DNA of 64,000 nucleotides. Source: Octopus vulgaris. Taxonomy: Eukaryota. Positions 1 to 14,287 of this stretch are shown piece after piece (position 1 is the stretch's first letter; each line of letters begins with the position of its first letter). The notes under the pieces are model-generated. The model saw only the letters and a list, made by a program, of their open reading frames with translations. It ran no database searches and was not told the DNA's origin. Position numbers and translations under genes: made by a program. The stretch lies in NCBI GenBank assembly GCA_951406725.2, contig OX597823.1, positions 806,001 to 870,000 of the forward strand, read 5' to 3'.

Positions 1-560
1 GATGCCTGGCCTATTTGCATCTATCTTTCCGTCAGTTTGAATGGTGAAGTTCCAGAGGAGTGAGATGCAGTCATTTTGAAGCACTGGAGGTGGTTTGTGT
101 TCCCATCAGTTTTTTTCATGGGGCAAATCCAGGCTTTTGCAGATTACCCAGTGAATATATTGTGCAGCTCCATCATGCCTGTTGAGATACTCTGTAGGAG
201 CTAGAAGACTGCACTTGGAGACAACATGATCAATGGTTTCATTTTGTTGTTGACATACACGACATGTTGGGCTACTGCCGTTCTTTAATATGTTGGCCTG
301 GTAGTTTCTTGTTGGTAGGGATTGATCTTGAGCTGCTATGATAACCCCTTCTGTTCAGGGCTTTGTCAACATCTGCATTATTCGCTCTCTTTGGGTATTT
401 GCCATAGAGAGGGTTTTCTTGCCATTTATCATTCAGAATATCTAAGGCAGTAGTTTTAGCTTTTTCTGTGCTTATTTCTAGTATCGTCTAATTCCGAAAT
501 TTGTTGTATTCGGAATTCACTTAGATATTCCTTTGCCTGTTTTGTTACTGAGTATGATGT
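1..560 (-). mobile_element. Degraded R4/Dong-clade RLE non-LTR retrotransposon fragment (runs off the window edge)
   Basis: Manual minus-strand translation gives PLYGKYP, EGVIIAAQDQSLPTRNYQANI, CRVC-x-ETIDHVVSKC (CCHC knuckle), RHD and LWNFTIQTD-x-ANRP, with stops and frameshifts. Abuts (TTC)n/(TTA)n. Confidence 0.8.
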
Positions 561-562
561 TT

Positions 563-592
563 TCTTTTCTTCTTCTTCTTCTTCTTCTTCTT

Positions 593-657
<65 letters not shown>

Positions 658-685
658 CATTATTATTATTATTATTATTATTACT

Positions 686-738
<53 letters not shown>
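563..738. repeat. (TTC)n + (TTA)n compound microsatellite
   Basis: Seen directly. Confidence 0.97.
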
Positions 739-739
<1 letters not shown>

Positions 740-950
740 CAGTAGTTTTATTTTTATAGTGTGCTTTCACTTCACTACCGAGCGCAGCTCTGTGTGCCTT
801 GGGTATGTGCTGTGATTTGTTGTGATGCTCTGATGGTTATTGTATGGAAAGTGTTCTGCGTAGGATGTGTGCAGTGCCTAGTAGTGCAATTTTCTGTATG
901 TTAAATGTGTTTGTAAATCCTGGTGTTTTTGTTACGTATTTTTTACGTAT
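739..950 (-). mobile_element. 3' end of an R4/Dong-type element (different subfamily from 993-2114)
   Basis: Minus strand reads IQKIALLGTAHILRRTLSIQ*, homologous to VQKIVLTGTSHVLRRALSM*. A 3' UTR follows and runs into (AAT)n. Confidence 0.75.
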
Positions 951-957
951 TTGTTAC

Positions 958-991
<34 letters not shown>

Positions 992-992
992 T

Positions 993-2290
<1,298 letters not shown>

Positions 2291-2292
<2 letters not shown>

Positions 2293-2731
2293 TTTTTTTT
2301 TCTTCTTTCAAATTTGCTTCCATTTCTTGCCGAGTGTCTTCCCGACTCCTAGGGCAAAGAAACTCATAGTATACATTGGTAGGCCATTAAACCAAACTCA
2401 ATAGTTCGTTCAATTTTTTTTTTTTTTTTTAAGTTATATTAAAATACATGAGCAGCAACAGTTCTCACATCGACAATGCTCTCTCAATACGTGTGATGTA
2501 CCAGTTAAGACAATCTTTTGCACTTCTTGCAGGGATGGTAAGCCAGGGATCATTCTCATATAATTTTTGGTTCCCTTCTTGATCATTCCTAGTGCTCCTA
2601 CGATCACTGGTATTGTAACCGCCTTGAGATGCCACATTTTCTCAATTTCAATGAGTAGGTCTTTATATTTTCTGAGCTTGTCAAATTCTTTCGCTGAGAT
2701 ATTATGATCACAGGGGATGCTCATGTCGATC
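2291..2731 (-). mobile_element. Second, shorter 5'-truncated copy of the same R4/Dong element
   Basis: Near-identical to 993-1436 with few substitutions/indels. ORF 2434..2733 reads IDMSIPCDHNISAKE... Confidence 0.9.
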
Positions 2732-2744
2732 AATAATTATTATA

Positions 2745-2776
<32 letters not shown>

Positions 2777-2802
2777 CATTATAATTATTATTATTATTAT
2801 TA

Positions 2803-2875
<73 letters not shown>

Positions 2876-2961
2876 CATTATTATTATTATCATTATTATT
2901 ATCATTATTATTATTATTATTATTATCATTATTATTATCATTATTATTATTATTATTATTA

Positions 2962-3002
<41 letters not shown>

Positions 3003-3108
3003 TATTATTATTATCATTATTATTATCATTATTATTATTATCATTATTATTATTATTACTGTTATTATTATCATTATTATTATCATTATTATTATTATTA
3101 TTATTATC

Positions 3109-3149
<41 letters not shown>

Positions 3150-3174
3150 CATTATTATTATTATTATTATTATA

Positions 3175-3210
<36 letters not shown>

Positions 3211-3294
3211 ATTATATTATTATTATTATTATTATCATTATTATTATTATTATTATTATCATTATTATTATCATTATTATTATTTTTATTATTA

Positions 3295-3370
<76 letters not shown>

Positions 3371-3412
3371 CATTATTATTATTATTATTATTAGCATTAT
3401 TATTGTTATTGA
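2732..3412. repeat. Interrupted (TTA)n/(TCA) microsatellite
   Basis: Seen directly. Confidence 0.97.
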
Positions 3413-3769
3413 TGCTGTTTCCCTTGGGCTTTGCAATATTTGGCAACATTTTTGTGGATAAAACATAGCTCAAAACACTTCAGTCTGATAGATAAAAGAA
3501 GCAATTTTTTTTCCTGCCAGTTTAAGAAGACTTTGTGAATGATAAGTGCCAAACGTTTTGCCGAACAATTATATTAAGAATGAATAGAAATAAGGTCTCA
3601 GGGGAACACATTAAATATCTGTTTATTTAGAGATTAATAAAGTAATTGGTAGAGAGGTTTAGTGCAAAATAGGGAAGTGTGTGGCCCAGAGAGCACAACG
3701 CTTCTCTACATTTTCTTTCATTAGCCACAAAGACCCATACATACCATACAAATCAAGTGTGGATTTACT

Positions 3770-4045
3770 TCATCATCATCATTTACTGTCCATTGTCCAT
3801 ACTGGTATGGGTTGGACAGTTTGACCAGGGCTGACAAGCTGGAACGCTGCATCAGGTTCCAATCTGATTTGGCATGGTTTCTATGGCTGGATGCCCTTCC
3901 TAATCCTAACCACTCCAAGAGTGTAATGGGTGCTTTGATGTGCCACCAGCATTTATGTGCCACCAGCATTTATGTGCCACCAGCATTTATGTGCCACCAG
4001 CATTTATGTGCCATTTGTATGACACCAGTATCTGCCAGGATTTGT
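3770..4045 (-). mobile_element. RTE 3'-tail-derived short interspersed repeat with internal 17-bp tandem (tgtgccaccagcattta x4)
   Basis: Shares the catcat...ccatgctggcatgggttggac...ggctggatgcccttcctaa pattern with many copies in the window and with the RTE 3' UTR at 52280-52800. Confidence 0.75.
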
Positions 4046-4479
4046 AAATAATAAATGGATTTAGAGGTAAAAACAAAACAATGTAAAAGAAAATATAAAG
4101 AAAAGTTAAAATATTTACTACAGGAGTTGGATCTGGCCATCCATGACCCTCACTACTGTCTGTTTTGACCACTTTTAGCAAATTTATGATATTACCCATG
4201 AGAATCTTCAATTTTCACAGAAAGGAAAAGACTCCTAGTTTTTTTTAGTGAGTCTTTGTTATTTATTGATAACACCTGTTGGTCTGGTTTCTCATTAACA
4301 GTCAATCATTTTAATAAGCAATACATTCATCTCTGATCTCTTCTTCCTCCACAATCAAAACAATATTCTTTTTGCCCTTCATCAGGTTCCTCTTACTGGT
4401 TCACAAAACCATAAAACTTAAGTAAGCTCAAAGGCAAGCACCTCTTCATCACAGACTTCTCAGCTCTAACTTACTTTTA

Positions 4480-5520
4480 ATATCATCACCATTGTCATTG
4501 TTTAATGTTCACCTTCCATGCTGGTGAGGGTGGGATGGTTTGGCAACAGCCAGCCAGGCAGAAGCCTGCACCAGACTTCTGCGACTGTTTGGCAGGGTTT
4601 TTACAGCTGGATGCCCTTCCTAACACCAACCACTCAGCAGAGTGGGCTTAGTGCTTTTTATGTGACAAAAGCACAGGCGTGGTCAGTTTTTACGGCTGGA
4701 TGCCTTTATTCTATAAACAGTACTTTCAGTGCATACTCCACCATTGCTAATTTGGTCACCTAGGTAACAGAAACTATCTACAACATCAAGAGAGACTCCT
4801 GGGCATTTGAGAGAATCTAAGTCCTGTGTACTCTTAGTGCTTATTGTTCCTGCTCCCCTGCCACATACAAAGACAACTTTATCCGTTAATCTACCTGTGA
4901 TTCCACTGCACTTCTTATGCATCCAGTGTAAACTAGGTGCAGTGAATTGGATTTCTTCTAACTCCTTTCCTACATATTGAGCAGGGCCATTTACCTGACA
5001 GAAAGAAAGGGTTATCTTCTTTCTTACTAACAACAACTTTGGCCTTTGCTAAGTCAACTTTAAGGCCCTTTGATTCCAGGTTGTTTCCATACCTGAAATT
5101 TCTTACCCAATTCTGCTAAAGATTCTGCAGTAAGAGCCAGGTCATCAGCATATAGCAGTTCCCACCCAGTTTTTAATTCCTCTATTATGGTCTGGAGGTC
5201 TATAATGAATAAGAGTGGGCTGAGAACTGAGCCCTGGTGAACTCCTACTCGTACACTAAATTCATCACTGTATTCGTGGCTGACTCTCACCCTACTGACA
5301 GTACCACTGTACATGGCTTGTACAACTCTAACAAGCAACTCCTCTACTCCTAACCTCCTTAGAGGCCACCATATAACAGAGCGGGGAACTTTGTCGAAAG
5401 CTTTCACCAGGTTGATGAAGGCTAAGTACAATGGCCAAGTACTTTTCTTGCAGTTGTCTCACTCAGAAGATGGCATCTGTGATACTCTTCTGAGATACAA
5501 AACCAAACTGCATCTCATCT
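4480..5520 (-). mobile_element. RTE-clade LINE: RT fragment joined to 3' tail (internal deletion)
   Basis: ORFs 5060..5431 (KAFDKVPR, GVHQGSVLSPLLF, LLYADDLAL) and 4683..5036 (FCYLG), with frameshifts. Tail at 4480-4700. Confidence 0.88.
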
Positions 5521-6214
5521 AGTTTAATTCTAAATATAATTTTATTTATCTATTTTACTTTTTTCCTTCCTCCAACTGTTTTTTTTTCCTGCCTTCACAA
5601 TCTCTCCCCTCATTATCATAGCAAGATAACAGAGTGGAGTAGATTCTTGTAGCTTCTGGTTAAAAGGTGACCACAGTCCACCTTGGTACCTTACCCTGTC
5701 AGCCATGATGCTGCAGAAGATGAGTGAATTGGATTTGCATCTATTTCCATGCTAACTGTTCTTAGAGCTAGGCAGTGCTACCAGCATTCATCTTGGTAGC
5801 CAAGATCTTCATCTCATGGATCTGTTGTCATTGTTTTCGTCTCTCGTGAATATTGTCATCATCTCTTTTTGTTTTTCCTCTTCTGAACAGAATGTCCTCG
5901 AGTGACTTTAACTGCTGCACACGTTACAAGCAGGCCTTCCGCTTTCGACCATCAGTTTGACTGACAACACCTCAATAGGATGTAAATCCAGAGCAGCTTT
6001 GTAGTCTTCGGAGTCATCAGGACTTCGATGTTGATATAAACCTTATTCAATCATTTACTAATCTGGATCTTCTCTGCCTGTTTTGTGCAGCAAAACATGT
6101 GTAAAGTGCTGTCTGTCTGAGGTCCTTGTTGTGACTTGACAAACAGTACAAAGCCCCGGAAGACACAATATTTTCAATCAACAACTTCATGATATTGTAT
6201 ACGGTGCAACGTCT

Positions 6215-6338
6215 ATAATAATAATAATTACAATAACACGAACAATAATAATAACAATAACAAGAACAATAATAATAACAATAACACGAACAATAATAAT
6301 TACAATAACACGAACAATAATAATAACAATAACAAGAA
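6215..6338. repeat. 24-bp minisatellite (aataataataacaataacacgaac-like) x5
   Basis: Seen directly. Confidence 0.85.
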
Positions 6339-6704
6339 CGGCCCCTGTGCCGGTGACACGTAAAAGCACCGTCCGTTCGTGGCCAGTTGCCAGCTCTGTC
6401 TGGCTCCGTGTCGGTGGCACGTAAAAGCACCATCCGTTCGTGTCCGTTGCCAGCATTGCCTGGCCCCGTGCCGGTGACACGTAAAAACACCATCCGTTCG
6501 TGGCCGTTCGCCAGCTCTGTCTGGCACCTGTGCAGGTGGCACGTAAAAAACACCCACTACACTCACGGAGTGGTTGGCGTTAGGAAGGGCATCCAGCCGT
6601 AGAAACACTGCCAGATCTGACTGGGCCTGACGAAGCCTTCCAGCTTCACAGACCCCAGTTGACCCGTCCAACCCATGCTAGCATGGAAAGCGGACGCTAA
6701 ACGA

Positions 6705-6706
<2 letters not shown>
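6339..6706 (+). mobile_element. Young RTE-tail/SINE-like repeat with internal ~60-bp tandem units (cacgtaaaagcaccatccgttcgt...)
   Basis: Near-identical to 51557-51930 (opposite strand) and to 45327-45610. Confidence 0.8.
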
Positions 6707-7682
<976 letters not shown>

Positions 7683-7689
7683 GGTGATC

Positions 7690-8415
7690 AAGACTGGAAA
7701 AGGTGAAAAGTACAAAAATGAAAAAGAAGATGTTCAACAGATTGAAGAGTAAGTTTTGCTTGGTTAGTTTAGGAAAGTCACTGGGGATGTATGGGGAACC
7801 AAATCCTGGGTTTGGTTGCAAAAAGAAAGAGGGAGCAGCTGAAGATGAAGCAGTGCAAACAAACAACTTGAAAAATATGCGTCTGGGGAGAAAGTGTCAG
7901 CAAAATGTCGAGTGTGGAATTTGGGATGAAACAAGGATACACATTGTTGAAGAATGTGGGAGAATATAAGAAATGGAGGCAAGACTGGAAGCTTTGTCAG
8001 AAATGGAATTTTGGAGCTGGAAGTACTTGGTAAAATCACTGGGATGAATGAGTGCTAGGGTCAGAGAAATGCAAGATTTTATAGGATTTTCCAATTCCAA
8101 CAGATTATGATAAAGAAAATAATAAAGCATAGAGAAAGAAGAGCAAATTTGCTTACTGGTTGATCTATGATGACCCTTTGTTACCAAGATTGTGAAGGAA
8201 ACATAAGTTGTAAAAAATGCAAGCCCTTAAAATGTGAGATTGCTTCAATTTAGAACATGAAATCTATAAAGATTCTGTCATTGATAATTGGTGCATAAAG
8301 GATGGAATAGACAAATGGATAAAGGAGAATGGAATGAGGTGTCAAGTAGCACTTCTAGGGAAGGTTTGCTGTTTTAGGAACAGGAAAGATCCCCAGAAGG
8401 GCTTTGAGCTCTTGA
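7690..8415 (+). mobile_element. Highly degraded R4/Dong-type RLE fragment
   Basis: ORF 7703..7969 has GMYG, AAEDEAVQTNN (cf. AAQNQSLLTRNY) and ETRIHIVEEC (cf. ETVDHLISGC). The 3' end reads GTGKIPRRALSS* (cf. GTSHVLRRALSM*). Lies directly after (AAT)n. Confidence 0.6.
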
Positions 8416-8534
8416 TGGCTCATTGAAATCATGTAGATGTCTATGGTTACAGGATGCAACCCTCTCCCCACACAAATTCTACCAGGACCAGCACCAATTC
8501 CGAGTCAAGACAATAACAGTAACAACAACACCTA

Positions 8535-9400
8535 AGTTGTTTTTTTTCATAAGTTTCTGCCTCATTTGGTCCAATTGGCTGCAGTATACCTCAGCCGTGA
8601 TTGATGAGCCAGGTTTAATGAAATCATAATGGATCACACCTGTGCCGGACCACCAAACACACACCATCAGCTTCTTTTGATGAATTTTACCTTTTGGACT
8701 GTGTTTTGGTGGCTCGTCTTTGTCCAACCATTCTGCTGGACGTTTACGGTTGTTGTATTGGATCCATTTCTCATCACATGTTACAATTCGATTAAAAAAT
8801 TATTCATTTTTGTGACGAGAAAGTAGCATAATGCCAGCTTCCAAACGTTGCTGTTTCTGATTTTCATTGGGTTCATGTGGAACCCACTTATCCAACTTTT
8901 TCACTTTACTAATTTGAATCAGGTGAGTCAATATTGTTTGCTTACTAACACCAAACAACAACGATAATTCACGGACACTTTGAGATGGATCTGACTCAAC
9001 GGTGGCTTTCAGTTCGTCATTATCCACCTTTGTTTCTGGTCGACCGCGTTGCCCATTTGTGTGGTCAAAGTTACCAGAACGAAATTTTGCAAACCAATTT
9101 GATACTGTCTACTGTGTAATAACATTAGAACGAAATACTCCATTAATATTCAGAGCTGTTTGTGATGCTGTATTTCCAAGAAAGAACTCATATTTCAAAA
9201 CTGTACGAATTTCCGACTTATCCATCTCTAAACAAAAATAGCAAAAACGATTTATAAATACTTCGAGTTAGAATAAAGAAATAGATGTGTCAGCTTTCTA
9301 GCAAAAAATAAAGATTGTCAAAATATAATAATGGTGCAAAATGAGCAGCTGTCAAAGTTTACCATGGACCTTACTACAAATTTCATTCTTGACGACCTAA
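8535..9400 (-). mobile_element. 3'-truncated mariner (Hsmar1/cecropia-like) transposase pseudogene
   Basis: KVKKLDKWVPHE and KLMVCVWWSGTGVIHY motifs. One terminus remains: TA|TTAGGTCGTCAAGAATG (TA at 9401-9402). Confidence 0.85.
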
Positions 9401-9629
9401 TAATAGAATGGGAGCTGAAGGAGATTTAACTGCTATCTCAAGAAAGTCAAGCCATCATGTAGATCTGCTTTGTTGACTTAAAGACAATAATGGTGATGGT
9501 GATCAGTGGTGATGGTCACCAATGGATCATAAGATAAGCTGAATAACCAGGTTGAAATGTTTGTCAACAATCAAAAGATTGATAGAGAAACCAACAATTC
9601 AATGTTTCTCAATCATTTTTCAATTACAG

Positions 9630-9700
9630 ACCACCATCGCCTCCACCACCATCGCCACCACCACCACCACCACCACCACCACCACCACCACCACCACCTC
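9630..9700. repeat. (CCA)n microsatellite
   Basis: Seen directly. Confidence 0.95.
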
Positions 9701-9802
9701 ATATCTCTGTGCAATCCCTCTTGTAGAATTTCTTAACAACTTTTTCTCTCTGTTCTTAATTTTCTAAACATTTTACGAAAGCCACAGAAACCTACAAAAA
9801 TA

Positions 9803-11093
9803 CGAGGGGTGTTCAATAAGTAATGCCCCTGACCCACTTCCCATAGCAGTAGAGCAACGAAACTTGGCACAGTTATTAGTCTTTTTCTACACAGGAACCA
9901 CCCAGAGTTACGCATTTCTCCCATCGTTTGATGCAGCTCTGGAGACCGTTTTTGTAGAAGACCCCAGCTTGGTCCTCCAACCACAACATGACTTCAGAAA
10001 TCAAGGCTGCATCATCTGGGAAACGCTTTCCTTTCAAGAACAACTTCATGGTTGGGAAGAGATGAAAATCAGAGGGTGCAAGGTCAGGAGAGTAGGGGGA
10101 ATGGGGGATGAGTTCATAGCCGCACGCCTGTGTTTCTGATCTGGCGACACACGAGTTGTGGATCGGAGCGTTGTCCTGCAGGAGGAGGATGCCTTTGCTG
10201 ATCTTACCCCACCTCTTGATTTTGATAGCTTCTCTTAATTTCCTCAAAAGTGAAGCATAATAGGCTCCTGTAATTGTGGTACCCTTTGCCAGGAAATCTG
10301 TCATCACTACTCCGTCCTGGTCCCAGAAGACTGTGAGCATGACCTTGCCAGCAGAGGGCTGCACCCTTGCCTTCTTTGGAGGAGGTGAGTCACAGTGCTT
10401 CCACTGCATTGACTGGGCTTTGGTCTCTGGATCATAGTGATGGACCTAGGTTTCATTCTGTGTAATCAGTCTTTTGAAAAATTTTAACTCATCTTCTTGG
10501 CACATCTCCAAATTCATCCTCGAGCACATGACGCGTTCTTGCTTCTGGAAAGGTGTGAGCAACCTGGGAATCCATCTGGCAGACACCTTTTGCATATGCA
10601 AATGGTCATGAATGATAGTTTCCACAGACCCGGTAATAATCTTGACCTCATGGGCTATTTGGCGAATAGTTATGCATCGATCTTCCAAAATGGCAGCCTC
10701 AACTTGACGGACAGATGCCTCATCAATGGCAGAAGGGGCGACCAGATCTGGGAGCTGTTTCCACAGAGTTCCGACCATGTTTGCATTCACGATGCCAGCG
10801 TTTTACAAGGTCATATGATGGGGCATCATCACCATAAGTTACTTTCATTTCATTAAAAGTCTCCCGTGGTGTGCGTCCTTTCAAATACAAAAACCAGATC
10901 ACTGCTTGACACTCAACAGGCTCCATTTCACACTTGACTCAGTTCAAACACCTTTCAAACACCTGTAAATCAGAAACCACAATTAGTTCAGAGCTGTAAT
11001 TTGCCACTTAATCTATAGAGATATAAATAATAATTTCAGCTAGATCAAACAACTGCAAGTGGGTCAGGGGCATTACTTATTGAACGTCCCTCG
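9803..11093 (-). mobile_element. Full-length mariner (irritans/Hsmar2-like), defective DD34D transposase
   Basis: ~35-bp TIRs CGAGGGGTGTTCAATAAGTAATGCCCCTGACCCACTT with TA on both sides. ORF pieces contain WIPRLL, LQDNA and YSPDLAPSDF; there is one frameshift and one stop. Confidence 0.95.
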
Positions 11094-11097
11094 TATT

Positions 11098-11222
11098 CTT
11101 TCCTACTCTAGACACAAGGCCTGAAATTTTGGAGGAGGAGGGTCGATGGACCCTAGTATGCAACTGGTACTTAATTTATAGACCCCAAAAGAATGAAAGG
11201 AAAAGTTGACCTCGGCAGAATC
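11098..11222 (-). mobile_element. Fragment of the SINE family with gttgacctcggc/cctttcatccttt core
   Basis: Homologous to 24640-24810, 29865-30062, 40035-40216, 58880-59082 and 61098-61300. Confidence 0.65.
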
Positions 11223-11847
11223 AATCTACAAAAATATTGTACAACCTGAAGAAGTGTCCCAGAAGCCACATTAAAACTGTTGATCTTGTTTAGCCCTGAG
11301 TTGATCAAAGCCATTCTACTTGTGACCACCACATTTCTTTACCATCTTTTCTTTTTAAACATAGGATATGTTGGATTACATCATCTAATGTATCCTTCCT
11401 CGTTTTTTAAAGATTTCAAGATGTGATTTGAGATCTGTTGACTAATTCACCCACACAGAAAGTCCATTGTTGAAAGTGCTGCTGCTGCTGCTGCGACCGC
11501 TACAAGTCAGCTTCACTTGAATGTAGCAGTTTATTTCAAATGTTCAAAACAGGGTAATTTTGACACCCATTCAATATAAAGATGGATGGGAGCCAAAGTT
11601 AAATTGACTGGAGACAACATTACAATGCTACAACAGTATATAACGTCTCGCTTTTATCTTTTAATTGTGTTTCAGTCATTAGACTGTGGCCATGCTGGGG
11701 CAGCACTGCCTTCAAGAATTTTTTAGCCAAATGAATCGACTCCACGACTACATATACACATGCCCTTTCCCCTTTACAATGTTTCCACCATAGCTGTCAC
11801 CTTTACTTGTTCAATAAGACCATCAATTGTATTGATTTCATCAGTGT

Positions 11848-11984
11848 AGGAGGGTCAGAAAAGGCCATGGGCCCAACCTCTCCTCTTCTCCTTTCTCTGC
11901 CCCCTAAGAAATCCTGGGAGGGTCAGAAAAAGCCATGGCCCCAGCCTCTCCTCTCCTCTTTTCCCTGCTCCCTAAAAAATCCTG
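11848..11984. repeat. ~68-bp imperfect tandem duplication
   Basis: ggagggtcagaaaa.gccatgg...aaatcctgg occurs twice in tandem. Confidence 0.85.
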
Positions 11985-12279
11985 GTTGTGTGGAGATCCT
12001 TTGGCTGATTCTTTTGTATGGAATTCGGTTCCTGCTGAACCAATTCTGTGATTTAGTTCCACTTCTCAGATAAATTGGATTCATTTATGTCATTATTTTC
12101 TTAAGAAAAGGCATGAACATCACCACTTCCTATTTTTCCTTCTGTATCACTCACTCCTAGAGCAATCACTTCAAATGTATGATTTGGCAACAACACAAAC
12201 ATTTTATTTTAATCACATGAATAGAAGAGAAGCACCATTTTAGGTCTTTTTTATTTTCTATTTTGTTGTGTGGCAGTGA

Positions 12280-12425
12280 CATGATGATGATGAGGATGAT
12301 GATGGTGGTGATGGTGATGGTGGTGATGATGGTGGTGGTGGTGGTGGTGGTGGTGGTGGTGGGGCCGTAGCAGTGATGATAACATTGATGACAGTTGTTA
12401 TGGTGATGATGATGATGATGATGAT
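12280..12425. repeat. (GAT)n/(GGT)n microsatellite
   Basis: Seen directly. Confidence 0.9.
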
Positions 12426-13039
12426 GGGGGCATTGGTGATTAGTGAATGGTGGTAGTGATGACTGTTGGGTTGTTATGGAGGATGGGTGTTTGCATTTTG
12501 AAGGGTGATTTCGTAGTCAGTACAATAACAATAGCAACAACAAGAATCAAAGGCAGCAGCAGCAGCTACAACAACAACAAGACAAACATCAAAATATTTA
12601 ACAAAAAAAAACTGAGCTTTAACTACAAAAGTACCCAGCTTGTCTCTCCTCTCCAACCTTCATCTCACCAAATCCACCCCAACCCCTATACACAAACCTA
12701 TCCACTCCTCCATCTAACAGCAGATCAATAAATCAATAATTGATCTTTCCTGCTGTAATCTGTTTTTGGAGAACTATGACCTGGGTTGGTGAAGCAATCA
12801 CGTCACAGGCTTTGTGTATGTGTCTACATATATATGTATGTGTGCATGTATATGTGTGTGTGTGTGTGTGTTTCATTATTTTAAATCTACTTCACTCAGC
12901 TGCCATCAGTCGGATGAGCCTGTGGTAGAACCAGCCCAGCCGCCAATCACCAGTTCTCTTAGACTTTCATCCTCTCCTCTATGAGACCAACTTCCTTCAG
13001 ATCAAATCTTACTCCTTGCCTTCCCACATCTTCCACTTC

Positions 13040-13800
13040 TTTGAGGACCCTTCACTCCACACACATCGCACATCTATATACAAACACTTACCTCTCCTCT
13101 AGACTTTATCTGATCCCTTTAATGCTTTCTCACTTCACCTATTTAGCTCCCTAAATCCACTCCTTTATGTATCCAAACAAAATTACAAATTCAAAACATT
13201 CAAATTTCTTTTGTACAGTGGACTTTCTCCATTTCCTGAATTAACACTGCAATCTCATTCTTGGGTCTTTTTAGCAGTGGAGTCCCCTCTGCTGCAGGGA
13301 TTCAAGCCTGGTCCCTAGTTTGAGTACACCTTTCTCTTTTTCTTTTCTCTCCAACAGGTCTTGGAGGCCTTGAAAGCACTTTCAAACCCTAACTTTTTTG
13401 CTGTCTAAGAGTTAACCCCTCCATCAAAAAAAAAAAAAGAAAAAAAAGAAGAAAAAAAAGACATCTTCTTTATTTAATGTCCCTGTCTCAATACTGTGCA
13501 GTCTGTGACAAATTCAGTCCATCTTTTGCACATTGAAATCTTGCTTCTCTGTCTGCATCTCAGAGATTCCACTGCAATTTTTATATAACTAATGCTTACC
13601 CAACAAATGACTCAGTGTTACGTTCCTACACACCAAGAAAGGTCACCTCCATATGGCATTGCAGTGTAGCTAACACATTAGTCTTTGCCATGGGTGATAT
13701 TTAGGCCTTACAACTCGAGACAATGCTTCCATGTTTGGCACATTTTCTGCAGCCTTTTAACATATTCTGTTATGAGAATTGGGTCAAAAGTGTTTTGGAA
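13040..13800 (-). mobile_element. Possible very old RTE RT relic
   Basis: Minus-strand remnants LQKMCQTWKHCLEL*GLN, AKTNVL and CSGIS resemble the RTE at 4683-5100. Heavily decayed. Confidence 0.35.
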
Positions 13801-14231
13801 CTCTAAAGGACAACCAGTTGTAAATGTTATAGACTTAACAACTACAAGAATTCAGGATAAATTCATTACAAATATCTAGACATATAGTAAATGTCTACAT
13901 ATAAATTAAGGTTCTTTTTAAACTCTTTGCCAAAACTAGAATTGTGACCGGCACTTTAGCATCACATTACATAACTCTTGGAAACTAATCACCAAGATCA
14001 AGTTTATTGGACACACAGACACAAACACTTCCTCATCATTTAACATCCATTTTTCATGATGGCATGGGTCGGACCATTTGGCAGGAGCTACTGGTAAGGC
14101 AGACTCCATTTTCTCTTTTGGCACGGTTTCTACAGCTGGATGCTCTTCCAAATACCAAATATATGGGCACATATAACGTAAATACAACAGATATAAGAAT
14201 ATTTTGTGTATGCATGTGTGTAAATAGTGAT

Positions 14232-14287
<56 letters not shown>

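Noticed and set aside
5990-6030. CTGATGA on the minus strand as a hammerhead
   Set aside because: No stem II or GAAA at the appropriate spacing.
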